Assembly: GCA_043228905.1 (NCBI GenBank)
Contig: JBHGNT010000269.1
Coordinates: 1 to 42,812, forward strand
DNA length: 42,812 nucleotides
Source: Azolla caroliniana
Lineage: Eukaryota > Plantae > Polypodiophyta
Reading direction: 5' to 3'
Part shown: one piece after another, positions 1 through 13,500 of the stretch
Numbering within the stretch: position 1 is the stretch's first letter
Layout: the number at the start of each line of letters is the position of its first letter
Notes under the pieces: model-generated
Told to the model about the DNA's origin: nothing
Databases searched by the model: none
What the model saw: only the letters and a program-made list of their open reading frames with translations
Program-made: the position numbers and the translations under genes

Positions 1-193
1 AACAATATCGAAACCATTGTTATCTAGATTGGTTGCAAGCCGGTGGCACGAGGGCTTCAAAGATAGTGATCAATTGGTGCCATGATAAAGTCCTTAGGTG
101 CACATTAAATGTATATGCATGTATTGCAATACACACACATTTGTTTAATAATATCTCACATCTCTCAGAGACACATGCATAGTAGTTTATGTG

Positions 194-452
194 TAGGAAT
201 TGGCAACGGTTCGGTATTTCCAAACCTAAATCAAACTGGTTCCGAGGAACCGGCTTAGCCAAGCCGCTAAGCCTTAACTAGTGTGGAAACCGGTTTGGCT
301 CAAATCAGTTCGGTACGGCTTGAGCTATCCCAAACCGAGCTCAAACTAGTTAAGGAAGCTAAAGCCTAAAATGAACTGAACCAACTGCCAAACCGTTTAA
401 AAACGATTTAATGGTTCAGTTTAGGCTTGGGCCAAGCCGTTGATGATTCCTA
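194..452. mobile_element. hAT-type MITE (non-autonomous DNA transposon) upstream of TRM7
   Basis: Imperfect 16-bp TIRs TAGGAATTGGCAACGG / CCGTTGATGATTCCTA (13/16 match). Many internal AACCG/CGGTT motifs. Near-8-bp flanking repeat gtttatgt (185-192) / gtttatat (453-460), offset by 1 nt on the left. Confidence 0.65.
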
Positions 453-618
453 GTTTATATCTATCACAAAACACACTTGTTCAACAATATCTCATCTCGC
501 TCAAAGGCACAAACATATCATATTTCATCTCTCACAGTCACATACATACATAGACGCACATTTGTTCACCAATATGTCATATATGAGAGAGACACAAGCA
601 TAGTGGTACTGGTATTTC

Positions 619-619
<1 letters not shown>

Positions 620-672
<53 letters not shown>
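620..672. repeat. Compound microsatellite (CT)n(CA)n
   Basis: Directly visible. Confidence 0.95.
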
Positions 673-675
<3 letters not shown>

Positions 676-692
676 GTGTTCATGAAAAGAGA

Positions 693-800
693 CAAGGCTA
701 ACTTTATAAATTAAAAGAAGAGTGAGGGCTTCATTTGAATAAATCAAGAGTCAAGGCTAACTTTATAAATTAAAAGAAGAGTGAGGACTACATTTGAAAA
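693..800. repeat. 59-bp-period tandem duplication upstream of TRM7
   Basis: caaggctaactttataaattaaaagaagagtgagg at 693 and 752. Confidence 0.9.
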
Positions 801-907
801 AACTTGATTTATTCATCTATATCTCACTCACTCACTAAATACTTCATCCTTCTCCTTCTCCTCCTTCCTCTGTTTCTTCCTTCTTCCCCCCTCTGTAGCA
901 GACACGG

Positions 908-1133
908 ATGGGCAAATCCTCCAAAGACAAACGTGTAAATCTTCTTTCTACTCTTTCTCTTCTTGCAGGATTTTTGATTCTTCATCATTTTTAATTTGAT
1001 TTTTATGCCTCTCTGCTCCCAAAATTAAAAACAGGACATTTACTACCGCAAAGCTAAAGAGGAAGGATGGAGGGCTCGCAGCGCTTTCAAACTTCTCCAG
1101 ATTGATGAGCAATTCAACATATTCGAAGGTTAG

Positions 1134-1232
<99 letters not shown>

Positions 1233-1414
1233 ATATCGATGTAGCTCAGTTGTTAAGGTTGCCCAATGGAGACCAGGAGGTCATGGGTTCAAACCCTACA
1301 TTCCACAGTGGCATCTAGTGAATTAAAAGAGATATGTATGAAGTATTTAATATTGGGTTTCGAACCCACGACATAGTGCTTGTAGTGTAACAACTTGCCA
1401 CTAGGGTAAGGTAC

Positions 1415-1449
<35 letters not shown>

Positions 1450-4400
1450 AGATTTTGTGCAAAAGAAGGTAAATACAACACTATAGGTAAATCATGCTAT
1501 GGAAAGTAAATGCAAAACAAAACAATGTGAAAGTAAGAGCACAAGAAATTTTACGCCGCTATGCCAAGTTATCTACATCCATGGAAGGTAGATTAGAATT
1601 CTGGCGAACAAGATTACAAGTGAAATACAAGAGAAAACTCTCAACTTCACATGCTAGAAAACCCAAGTTCGCCTGTTGCTTTTCACTATTACTTAGCTCA
1701 GCAATTTGCTAAGCACCTCACATGCATTCGTATACGAAACTAACTTTGTCATCATATCAAATGCATTATTATGTGCACAAAACTTCGACAAGTATATTTC
1801 TTCAGAGATGATTGCCTCTCTATGTTGTAACGTTGAACACTTATATATTTTGACCTTGCAAAATATATCATATTGACTATCACATAGCAAATAATGATTT
1901 CTAGCTGAAAACCAAATTCCTTGATCGGACACTTCAATCACAAAGCTTCTTTTCTTGCGTTGATGGCAGCCATGTGCTGTACTTCAGTATTAGAGAGAGA
2001 GAGAGAGACTATATATTATAGGATATACTCTCACAAAATCAATCCTCCAGTGAACTTGAAAGCTTAGCTGGTCATGGAATTTCTATCATCCAGATCTACC
2101 ACATAATCTCGCTACATTGCTCAAAGCTGAATATTGGTTTCATCAATTCTGCTAGCAAAATATCTGAATATCCACTTCACTGCATTCAAATGCTCCTTTC
2201 TTGGATTCTCCATGTGTATGCATGCTCCTTTCTTGGATTCTCCATGTGTATGCTTATAACACTGACAACATGTAAAATCTCTGGTATTTACACAATTGCA
2301 TACATCAGGCATCCTATTGCATTTGACACTTGAGCCATATACCTCACCTCATTTTCTGTTGTTGGGAAAAATCGGCTGCTAATATAGTCTTTACAGGTTT
2401 AGCATAGAGCATACTAAACCTTTTCAGAAATTACTTCGTACAGCTTCTTTGAGTAGGCCACAAATTGCCATCTGTCTTATCCTTGTAAATATTCATAACA
2501 AGGATTTTCTTAACAGCTCCTAGGCTCTTCATTTCAAATTCACACCTCAACATGTTCTTGAGATTAGAGGTGTGAGATAGATTCTAAGTAGCAATGTTTC
2601 ATTGAAATGAAGAGTTGGGCTATGTGGTTTTTTCTCTCTTTAGAAGGGCTGTTGTCACCATCCACTGTTAGAGTTTGTTTCCCGACAAGTAATGGAGCTG
2701 GGAAATGAAATTTCAGCAATGCTACAATGATAATCTGGTATTTGATACCAATGTGAGATTAATGGCTGAAGGAAAGTAGTACAACTCCTAGAGATGGGGA
2801 AAGAGATTGAATCCAAATTATTGGCGTATTGAGTGAGAGATTAATGTCCAAAAGTCACAATGGCCTAGAATATAGTTAAAGATTATAGTTGCTAATGTTA
2901 TATTGTCAAAGTGGGAAACAAAGAGAGACATGAGATCATGTGCTAAAGAACAATGTGAGGCATTGCCTTCATATATGTGATGTTCCAAGTATTCGTTTAT
3001 AGGTTTATGAGGTTATATTAGCTAGATCGGAAGGTAAACATAATGTTGTTTACAAATTTGAGCTCTGCAACATTAAGTTCGTTCTGCTGAAGTGGCATAA
3101 ACTGAGTTGTTACTTTTACTCCAGTCCTGTTGAAGTCTTGAGAAAATATTGTATTAGTTATAAATCTCTTTGTAGTTCTAGTTTGAGATCATGCACAATT
3201 GTATCTAATAGAGAGATGGGAACTATTTAACCAATATTGCAGGTGTTAAGCATGTAGTAGACTTATGTGCAGCGCCTGGTAGTTGGAGTCAGGTATTGAT
3301 TTTTCTTAGTGTGTAGAATTCATTCTTAGTCTGGTTATTGAACCTCACAAAAACAAAGAACATTCTATAGAGGATATTGACATGTTGCAATATATTCTGA
3401 ATGTAATATATGCTTTAATAAAATCCATGTTTGAAGGTTTTGAGCAGAAAACTATATGTTCCAGCAAAGCTTGCTCAGGATACCAGGTAAAACTTTAGGC
3501 GCGTCTCAATTTTACTTTTTGTTGCATCTCAATTGATAGGCAAATGCCATCTTGGTTAGCAAAATCAAGCTGTCTTAGCGCAATTTTCTATCAAAATTTT
3601 ATCATTTGAAAAACTGTAAAAGTTAGTCCCCCCCCTTTCAATGGGGACCCTGGGATGCAGTTAAACTCATGGCCTATTTATTTGTCATCACATTTGCAGG
3701 GAATGCAAGGAGTCTCTCCCACTTATTGTTTCCATTGATTTGCAACCGATGACTCCAATTGATGGGGTGATTCAAGTTCAAGGTGACATCACAAGTGCAC
3801 GCACTGCAGAGCTGGTAACAAAATTCAAATGGGTGTAAAAAATATATTCGAAAAGTGTGGTGAAATTGTGCAGTATTTTAGACAAGTAATTCATTTAAAT
3901 ATATGTCAGGTTATCAAGCATTTTGATGGATGCAAAGCAGACTTAGTTGTTTGTGATGGGGCTCCTGATGGTATCCTTCAGCATTTTACTTGAAAAACTA
4001 ATAAGTATGCATGCGAATGAGTGGTTTCTATGTATGCCTCTGCGAAATCATCTTGCAACACAAAACATGGATAAACTAGTTTTGGCACATTTTATGTTAA
4101 TATACAGTGACAGGACTTCATGACATGGATGAATTTGTTCAATCACAGCTCATTTTGGCTGTGAGTGTTTTACTTTGATTATCGTCATATCCATGCATAA
4201 CATTCAGATTCAATTTTAACTCGGAATTTTATCTTTTTGTTGAGTTTTATAGGCTTTGACAATTGTGACACATGTATTGAAGCCTGGTGGGAAGTTTATT
4301 GCCAAAATTTTTCGAGGCAAAGATACAAGCCTTCTTTATTGTCAGGTATTCCCCTCTCTCCCCCTCCCCCCCCAGTTGTAATAGTTGATCAGTTAGGTTG

Positions 4401-5549
4401 TTAATTAACCATGTTGCAGAAGGTGATGCACAACATGTCTAATCATTGACACATGATCGGATCGGTCTTGTATTGATCGGATCATGGGATATTCTAGAGG
4501 TGAATTTGTATTATGTGGTGCCATAAAACCAAGAAATTTGTGTAAACCCACAACATAAAAAACATCGAGTCTAAAATATTACAACAATCGAAATTCTTAT
4601 ACGTGGCATATGGTAGTTGGGTTGGAGACGGCATGGATAGAGAGGAAAATGAAACTCCCCTGTAAAAGGGGAAATGGACACATGGGTTCAACAAATCTGG
4701 ATTGCAAAACTTTGAAGTAATATGTTTATTTCAATCTCACACCACTACATTATTATTGAAATATGTCATTTCAACATAGATAGAGTTAAAAATGTGTTGT
4801 TTGTGGACTTTTTTAATGTACATCTTTAGGCATGGAAGGAAAGAAAATTTCGAGTAAATCATTTTCTATTCTTAATAATAAAATAAAAATACAGCTCAAT
4901 TCATGTTTTTTTTTGCTTATGTGATATTGTGAATGTAAAATTGACAATTATTATTAGTGTTATTGAATTTATTGCAGCTTAAGTTATTTTTTCCGACTGT
5001 TACATTTGCCAAGCCAAAGAGCAGTCGGAACTCAAGCATAGGTGAGTTCTTTTTCCTGAAACATCTGAATGTCTAATCAGATACCTTAGTTAATAAAAAT
5101 TCTAATGGAACTTTATGTTCTCGTTGTAAACAGAGGCATTTGCGGTGTGCGAAAACTACACTCCCCCTGAAGGTTTTGACCCAAAGGACTTGTATAAGTT
5201 ACTAGAGAAAGCAAGTGACCCTAACGATGATCTCGGTAATGTGTATTCTTCTTTGTTGAGTTTGTCTTAAGATCAACATATTTATCTCTTATTATTATAT
5301 GTCTTGACCCTTTGATTATGTGTCATAGATTGCTGCAGTGCATGGTTTGAAGGCGTAAACAAACTATATATTCCGTTTCTCGCTTGCGGTGATCTTAGTG
5401 GCTATGATGCTGACCAATCTTATCCATTACCAAAAGTGGGCAATGGGAGCTCTTCGTATGAATCGCTAAAACCGATACAACCACCTATTGCGCCCCCTTA
5501 TAAGACTGCCATTGAACTAGAAAAAAAGATCCAATCTAAAAAAGGATGA
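908..5549 (+). CDS. TRM7: tRNA (cytidine32/guanosine34-2'-O)-methyltransferase, FtsJ/RrmJ family (TRM7/FTSJ1 orthologue), 11 exons, 309 aa
   Basis: GT-AG exons 908-934, 1035-1128, 3243-3292, 3437-3486, 3700-3814, 3910-3970, 4108-4160, 4253-4345, 4978-5041, 5134-5235, 5329-5549 sum to 930 nt in frame. Translation [33 protein letters not shown]...[14 protein letters not shown]...[24 protein letters not shown]...AKIFRGKD...[13 protein letters not shown] has the SAM-binding motif and the K-D-K-E tetrad. Confidence 0.96.
1139..1230. repeat. Compound microsatellite (CA)n(GA)n in TRM7 intron 2
   Basis: Directly visible. (GA)n resumes at 1418-1446. Confidence 0.95.
1231..1417. mobile_element. tRNA-derived SINE-like insert with two convergent tRNA-like heads, embedded in (GA)n
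   Basis: + strand: A-box TAGCTCAGTTG (1242) and B-box GGTTCAAACCC (1286). - strand: A-box TACCCTAGTGG (1408-1398) and B-box GGTTCGAAACCC (1366-1355). (GA)n on both sides. Confidence 0.55.
2030..2990 (-). mobile_element. Highly degenerate Ty1/Copia remnant in TRM7 intron 2
   Basis: RT-like peptide 'NTRDFT...[18 protein letters not shown]' (ORF 2121-2312). tRNA-Met PBS TGGTATCA on the - strand near 2743-2750, next to a CA end. Internal 32-bp tandem duplication at 2190-2253. Boundaries approximate. Confidence 0.6.
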
Positions 5550-6424
5550 TCTCAATATAGGAAAGAAGAGACACACACCCTTATAGCACTTGATCTCAAA
5601 TGATTCTAAAAGGTTATCCATGTTTGTATATGAATGAATGATTGTAAGAATGTCCTAACTTTGTTCTATACTGAGAAATTTTTGCCATTTGCTATTTGTG
5701 AAACGATATGTACCTACTTTTCTTGTCAAGGGCTTGAGTTTTTACCATAAAAGAAACGTTCATTCTATTTTCTATCTTCCTAGTCTTATATATCATTAGG
5801 TGGCATTATTGCAAATGTAAAACAATTAACCGATTAGTCATGTTTTGAAAATGTGCAGTTAATTACATATTGCATTGAAATTGACATACATGTATAGGCA
5901 TCATTGTGTAAACCTTTAGCAGCCATCAATGCATTATGTTAGGCTGTGTGACATGCTATGCTTCCTATTGTAATGTGCTCGAGTGGAACGTGTGATTCCT
6001 TGTTCACATGTTTGATTTGAAAAGGAGTTGACTTTTGGTTGTTAACATGCCCACATTGGTGTTGACATGCCCTCATCTTGGAAAAATAGTTGGCTTAGTC
6101 TCTTTGCTACCACACATTCACGTTCACATTTGCATGCACATGCATAACCTACCCAAGTCTGTGCCAAGTACACTTGCAATTGCACTCTTGCCCCACATGC
6201 CCCCACACTTGCAATTGTGTCTTGGTTAGATTGTAGAGACAGGAAATCATGGAAATGTGAAGCAATAATGTGTAGAAGAATAATGTTATGGAAAATTTCA
6301 TCAAAATTGGAATAAGAGAAATATGTAAAATATAGATTTAGAAGGGAAACCGAAGCAGAATAGAACAATAGATGTTTTATTGTCCATGTGGAAGTTTGGA
6401 AGAAAACAAGACAGAGGATAGAGA

Positions 6425-6660
6425 TCCTTTTTTCCCCCAAAATTTATCCGTCATTAGTATTAAGAAAAACGTCGGAAGGCTACAAAATGTACAATCAGAG
6501 AGTGTTATATACAAAAGAGATGGTTAGGGCAAGGACTAGGGGTGATGATATTTTCAGATAGGTCCTTGAGAGGAGACCGTGAACAGAGCTAACTTCCTCC
6601 ATAACTGTAGTAATTTTCTCCTTTTCGTAAGAACAACATCCGAAGAGCCCAACATATTAT
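6425..6660 (-). mobile_element. 3' end of an older LINE (left half, split by the large LINE)
   Basis: - strand translates YNMLGSSDVVLTKRRKLLQLWRKLALFTVSSQGPI*KYHHP, homologous to the ORF2 C-terminus at ~13375-13495 (YDNMQGSPDTVNKKRKKLLHLWKKVPMFT). Confidence 0.7.
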
Positions 6661-7099
6661 AGTAATAGATAATGATCAATAAATTAAATCCATTTGAGTA
6701 TTAAGCTTGCATGATGAAGACTAGGTCATATCCCCTGTCACCCTCCAACCCATCGCTGCTTAGCCTTCTATTTCTCAGCCTTCCGCTACTCAGCTTCCCG
6801 CCACCAACTTGCTTCCGCTGCCCAACCTACTATAGGCGATGGTTGTTCAAATCATCTAGAGGGTTGTGTAGGGGTTTCTGTTTCTCCCACAACAAATGTG
6901 GAAAAGCCGTTTGTTCCCTTTAGCTTACATGCTACAACCAATCCAGTTCCCGTGATTAGCCTTTGAACCTCCTCCATAACCCCGATCTTCCTCAATGCAA
7001 CGACGAACCAGGATCAATTGTTGTGCCGTTGTGAATAGTCTAATTAGGGCTCTCGTGTAGCTAACCCGTATATCACACCTATTTCAGACAACGTAGTAG

Positions 7100-8500
7100 A
7101 GCTTTTGTTGTTAGAACAAGATCGCGCACAGATCGTAAGAGAGATTCAACGTCTAGAGAAGAGGACTACCATTGTGTAGGTTTTGGGCATTTGTACTCGG
7201 CGTGCTAATCTTCGTTTACTATTGGAAGCCGCTTTGAAACAAGATGTTGACAACATCACGGATGTCCGAATGCTTGGTCGGAACTATTATCAAGTGGAGT
7301 TCGAGCTCGAAAGAATGGTACTGATCTTGCTAGAGAAGAAAACAGTGGTAGTCAAGGGAGGATGGTTTTCTTCCACAAGTGGATTCACAACGTCTCCGCA
7401 AATAAGGTACTTCATTATTTAGATTCATATCATACATGTGTGGTGGTGTTTCCCAATTTACGTAAAGAATGGGTGCCCTTTGTGCATCTAATTGCCAACA
7501 CTATTGGTATAGTCTTGGAGACTTATGATAAGCCTCGTCAGATCGAGGATAGGTACATGGGAGCTCTATCAACAAAACTTTTGATTTCTAAGTCTACAGT
7601 TTTGCCTTTAAATATCTTGTTGCCCAATTTACTTGACTCAAGACAAGAATCTTATTCTCAAAAAATCTTGTATAGGGGTTTGCCAAATCAATGTTTTTGT
7701 TGTTTTGGATTTGGTCATTCGGCAAAAAATTGCCCTAAATTTAATAAAGACACATACAAGCATGTACCCAATACAACTATAGTTCCGTATCAGGTTAAAT
7801 CTGATGGTTGGACTGAGGTAGGGCATAGGAAAACATCTTCACAAGTATCTTAGGACAAGTCTCATCATGTGTCAATTAATAATTTAAAGGAATTCCCCCT
7901 GCTTACAAAATAGGTATTCTACTCTCCATGTAGAAGAGGATTGATCACATGAAGTGAATACTTTGGATCAACCATCACCCCATCTTTCCCAATAGAGATT
8001 TAGTTCGAGTTTTCCTCACAAAAGACATACTTACTTTCCACTCAGTTGCCTAAGTCTTTCCCAATATTAGTAGTAGGCCAACTACCCTTGAAAATTATTG
8101 AGAATCAACAGTTGATACCATTTGTTAATTTGGCTTCTTCTGAAAAATTAAAAGGAAAAGTTGTTTCTGCTCAAGATACTACAAATGTGGAAATGCCTCC
8201 AAGTGTTATGGGAATTGAAGCAAACCAAAAAATCAATGTCTCTGTTAATTCGGTTCACTTTGATAAGCTCGTAGGAAAACCTACTTCTAGTCAATCAAAT
8301 ATTATGGGTGTTGAAATGACTCAAGGAGTAGATAAACTCCCTTGTGTTGTATTTCAATTCACAGTTTTACAGGATACCCTGACACTTCAAACCCCTCAAA
8401 AGCAAGTTAAGGATCATAGGGTGCATAAGTATGCAAGGAACTATTTGCTTTTAAAAAGACATGCAAGAGCTCAGGAGGGTGCCTAGAAAGGCCGCTAGGA
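7100..8500 (+). pseudogene. LINE ORF1 remnant (RRM/DUF4283-like region plus CCHC zinc knuckle)
   Basis: ORFs 7183-7422, 7362-7853 (YRGLPNQCFCCFGFGHSAKNCP) and 8046-8486, broken by stops and frameshifts. Confidence 0.75.
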
Positions 8501-8541
8501 TGCACTCCTTGAGAAAAGGACACCAATAAAATATATGTAAG

Positions 8542-11500
8542 ATGGACACCTTACATCTTCTTTCCTGGAATGTGCAAGGCTAGGGTGGTCAGGCTTTTCG
8601 TAGATTTAAAGGACTCTTACGCGCGTATTTAGGTACTCCTAATGTAGGTACTATTGATATTCTTTTTTTACAAGAGCATCACTTATGCATTGATAGGATT
8701 CAGAAGTATGGATCTATTTTACCAGGATGGTGGACTCATTTCTGGATTCCTGCCTTTGGCCCCATTGGCCGCCAAGCTGGATTATGCATTGCTATTAAAC
8801 AACATTTGCGGTCTATCATTGTGTCAGCTACTACTATTATGAATAAACGTGCACAATTCCTTATTGTAAAAATAAGATACCAAAAGGTTGGCCTGATGAA
8901 TCTCTATGCCCCTAATTCTGCGGTAGAAAGGGCAAAGTTATGGCTATCTCTTTTTGATTATGCGAGTTTAGCGGATTGTTGGTTGGTGGGAGGCGACTTT
9001 AATATGATCGAGGATGTTGCTGACAGAATGGGAGGTATAACTACTGCAACTTTAGGATGGGAAGCTAAGTGTTGGGACTATTGTTTTGCCTATGGTTTGC
9101 TTGATTTATGGAAGGTGCATTCATTTTCACGTTATCGTGGCTTTCGGCTCCAGATCATTGCGTGAGTTGGGTGGGAACCGCCGAGGTTTTGGACTAGGAG
9201 GAGGAGAAGTTTAAGACTAATAAGAATATGAAAGAGGAAGGAAGGAATTTTGTGAATTTTCACGAGTATAATGAATTAGAATAATTATTATTAAGAATCT
9301 AAGAATCAATCCAAATCTTTCAATAGATGGGAAGAGAGTTAGAAGAAAATCGTGAAACACACGTATATAATGTATTCAATCAATATTTTGAAAACCCAAA
9401 AATTGACAACAACTTTACAATTTGCTCCCCCATCCTTATATAGTGATGGTAGAATCTAAGTTTACCACATGCAAGCATCATGCCTTTTTTAAACTCTAGT
9501 GTACATGCACACTACATGTCCATGATTAACTTTTCCCATCATGCTTTTCCTTTAAGTCAAGTGTTCATGCATACTACATGTGCATGATTAGCTTTTCTAT
9601 CATACTTTTTCATTTACCTCAAGTGTATATGTATGAATAACTTTTTCTGTCATGCTTATCTAGAATATTTACATGGGATAAAGTTTAGTATAACTTTAAT
9701 ACTCATAATGTACTAGTACAATGGTAAGGTTTAAAATCATTAACATGGAGGTACAAGATTCAAATCCTGCCCTATGCATGTAACATAATTATTCTAGTAT
9801 TTTCTCCTATTTATTTATACTTAGTCAATCGGGTACTCCACACATATTTTACATAGTGTACAAAGTACACTACGACAATGTATACAAGGATCCCTTCAGT
9901 TTTCTAGATTAAATGGGAGTTCGGTTGCTACAAATTTGTCTCGACTAGATAGATTTTATGCTAGTAGTGTTTTTTGGGAAGTAGGTGGATTCATAGGAAT
10001 TATTCCGGGATTAGCTATCTCTAACCATGACCCTCTGAAGTTACATGTTACATTTACTAAGAGGCGATACTCTAGGTAATTGCGTATCCCTCCTGCATTG
10101 TTATCTGATGATAATCATCAGATGTCAATCACTCAGATATGGTCAAATTACAATGTCTCGAATGACTGTTTACTTAGCAATATGGCTCATGCCATACTCG
10201 ATACAAAGATTCTATTCACAGAAATAGTTTCAACGTTTGTTCATCACTGCAATTCAGAAATTGCCAACCTACGTCGTGCTCTTGCAGCATTACAATAATT
10301 GTTGGAAAGGTATCCAACTTCATCTTTGTTATGTTGTGATTTGCAGCAAGTAAAAAGCAGTTTAAGGGAAAAACAGGTAGCACACTCGATGTTCTTTTAC
10401 TATTGTAATGTTGCTCGCTGGTCACAAAGGCAAGATCGGGTCAATAAGGAATTCTTCCATCAGTTTAAACGGAAAACTAGACCTCTTTCTATTACTTCTT
10501 TGAAACAACTTGATGAATCCTATACGTCAGATGTCTTTGAGATGCAAAGTATAGTCTCAAATTATTATCATAAGTTACTGACTGCTGAATATTTTACGAT
10601 AGACAGTTTTTACAAGAAACAAGTTGTGCTTGGAACTATTCAATAGAAGGTTACAGATGTAATGGTCTCTCAGTAATTACAACCATTTACATCTTAGGAG
10701 TTTTTTGATGCGGCTAAATCCTTAGGTAAAGATGTTTGTATGGGATAAGATGGGATAGGAATTGGCTTCTATTTGCATTATTGGGATTTTCTTAGTCCTC
10801 TATTTACTAGAGTAGTTAATTTAATATTCTCAACGGGTAATATACCTGTGGAATGGACAGAAGGAATCATATATATGATTCCTAAGTCGGATGCTCAATG
10901 TGATGAAGTCTCCAAGTGGCGGCCAATAACATTGCTTAATGTTGTGTATAAGATTGTGGCAAAAACTATTGCTGTTAGACTATGAGTTGTACCGTCGTCT
11001 ATTATTCATGACACACAATCTGGCTTTCTGCAAGATAAAAGTATTTTTGATAATATCTTTTTGTCCTAGGAAATGGTTGCATTAGCTCAACAACATAAAC
11101 AACAACTTGTAGTATCATTGCTTGACTTTGAAAAGGCCTATGATAAAGTGGATTGGGACTTTATTGAGGTAGTGCTGTCAAGATTAGGTTTTTTGGCCGC
11201 ATGGATAAAAGGTGTTTCAGCCCTTTACAGGCCTGCTTCTAGTTTAGTTTTGTTTGCCAGAGAATACGGGACATAGTAAATGACCTATTACACAGTCCAA
11301 TGTAGTGGATGTTGAGTTTGCAGATGATACAACCCTTTATGTTGACGGGGAGATTGGCAATCTCGACCAAGTACAAAATGCTTTGCAGGTTTTCTCAGAT
11401 GCTACAGGTGCATCGCTTAACTGGAATAAGTCAGTTGGCCTTTGGGTGGGTGCAAAAACTCATCTTGAGTGGTATCCAGGTCCTGCTTTCCGATAGCTTC

Positions 11501-13500
11501 ATCATGGTGAGCTAGTTCGATATTTGGGATGTATGATTGGAATAGATTTAAGGCTAGAAGCAATGTTATCTCTGTTACTATTTTCAATAAAACATAAATT
11601 AGTGTATTGGGATGTTCAACAATTGTCTTTTGCGGGTCGGGTTGTAGTAGCAAACATAATACTATTGGCATCAATATGGTTTATAGCATCTGTGTGGCTA
11701 TTTTCTAGATCAACAATAACAAACGTGCAAAGCTTGATCCATAATTTCCTTTGGGGGGGGGGGGGGGGGGTACATGGCTCTCATACAGTAGCCAAAGTTG
11801 CTTGGAATGTGTAGATTCAACCTAAAATCAATGGAGGGTTGGGTTTGATAGATCCTTTGATGCAGTCAAGCACTCTCTTGACTAAGTTTATTATCAGAGG
11901 ATTGTTGCCAAGATCAGAATCTTGGAAAGGAATGTTTTTAAATAAGTTAATGCATTTAACTCCTAAGACATGAGGAGCATGGTCACCCTCTCTAAAGTGG
12001 TTGTTCTTGAATGACATGAAAACATCAAGGCGAAATCTTGCATCCAATAGATTTTTGCTAGGAATTATAAGAGCGTGGGATGTGATTAGATCATTTTTGC
12101 TTAAGGACAAACCTTCTACCGGGGATGCATTACTTAATCAGCCTATGCTTGCCAATTCTCTACTTCGGGATAATGCAGGAAAAGTATTGGGCTTGTGAAC
12201 TCACCTTGCTTGGTGTAAATTGGATAATGGGCTAGCTCCATCTGTAAGAACTTGGACTCAATTTCAACAAATGTCACAAGAAGATCAACTTGCACATCTA
12301 CAATCAGTTCATGATGCCACGATAATGATGACTACCTTATCGACAACATATTCTTTGTTTTTTATAACCTTCCAACCTAGGCAGGAACATCTATGGTTGG
12401 ATTCTTCACAAATGATACATTGATGGCTATTAAAGGCATTTCACCTAATGGTTGCGTTTCTTATTTTGAGGTCCTAGAGAACAATAGATTGCAATCTTAT
12501 ACCTTTGATTGCAGTTATCTACAGGACTTGCAAAGTGCACCAGTCAGAGTGGTCGCCAAAACTGGAAAGAAATGGATCCTTGATCCTTATCCGTCAATTG
12601 CTCATATGTGTGATATCCTGTGGTTATACGCAAAAGATCTTGTTGTAAGATTAACATGGGATCCGGGGGGGTGGCTTTGGTCACACTCCTTGGGGGAAAA
12701 GATCGTAAAGGTCCCCTTCTTTCAATACTCAGTAAAACTTGGAAGATCATTACCGCTCTCTCGGAATGTAACGATACCAACAGTTCAGAAACATTGGACC
12801 AATTAGGGTGTCTCAACTTTGCATTTGAGAACCTATTGGAAATGGATTTGGTCATTCAAGGGGCCAACTAAATTTATTCTCTTTCGATGGTTATTAGTGC
12901 ATATGGCACTACCAGTTGGTCATTCATTGAAAGGGAATGTAGCACCCAATTTGCGACAATGTGGCTTTTGCCATGAACCTCAGGAGACTACCGAGCATGT
13001 CCTATGTCTTGTTCTTTTGCTCAACAAGTATGGAAGAAATTCATGTCTTTATTCCTAACAATCAATGTAGGTTACCTATTCTCATGGGGATTAGTGATAT
13101 GGGGAGTATTACATTCTAGCTTGATGTTGTATGAGGCAAACAATATTCATGAGGCAATGACAATACATAATAGAAGATTGATATTAGTTAGTCCCTTCCA
13201 GCAACCTCGAAAGCAGGTGCGATTTGTCCAGATTTGGAAAACAATGACCACAATAGCATTATGGGCATTATGGAAATATTGATGTAACCGACTTTATGAT
13301 GTGGTAGACATTCATATCTAAGATGTGTTGTTTGAGATATGGGAGAACTTGGTGGTAGTAGTCTGTGGCTAATATGATAATATGCAGGGTTCCCCAGATA
13401 CTGTGAACAAGAAAAGGAAAAAGCTTCTTCACTTATGGAAAAAGGTGCCCATGTTTACAATGTCAACTCAATGGCAATATCGACTTCCATGGACTCTTCC
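8542..13500 (+). pseudogene. LINE ORF2 remnant (APE endonuclease, reverse transcriptase, zf-RVT), interrupted by a solo LTR
   Basis: Motifs LSWNVQG, NLYAPN, GGDFN, SRLDRFY, WRPITLLN, LDFEKAYDKVDW, FADDT, YLG and CGFCHEPQETTEHVL. Many stops. The RT QG motif region appears deleted near 11260-11300. Confidence 0.9.
9133..9877. mobile_element. Solo-LTR-like element (~745 bp) inserted in the LINE endonuclease; carries a tRNA-like cassette
   Basis: Termini T(G>A)TCGT...ACGACA. 4-bp TSD ACGT/ATGT. Clearly homologous to 25252-25993. Internal ~60-bp tandem repeats at 9477-9660. Confidence 0.8.

Noticed and set aside
1231-1417. Functional tRNA genes here and at 9714, 24769 and 25833
   Set aside because: Acceptor and anticodon stems do not pair convincingly; only the A/B boxes and T-arm-like parts remain.
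4408-4715. Possible MITE in TRM7 intron 8 (GATCGGATC repeats)
   Set aside because: Matching TIRs or a TSD could not be established.
11753-11769. Poly-G run in LINE ORF2 as a regulatory G-quadruplex
   Set aside because: Most simply a slippage expansion of the FLWGG codons in a dead element, or a homopolymer error.
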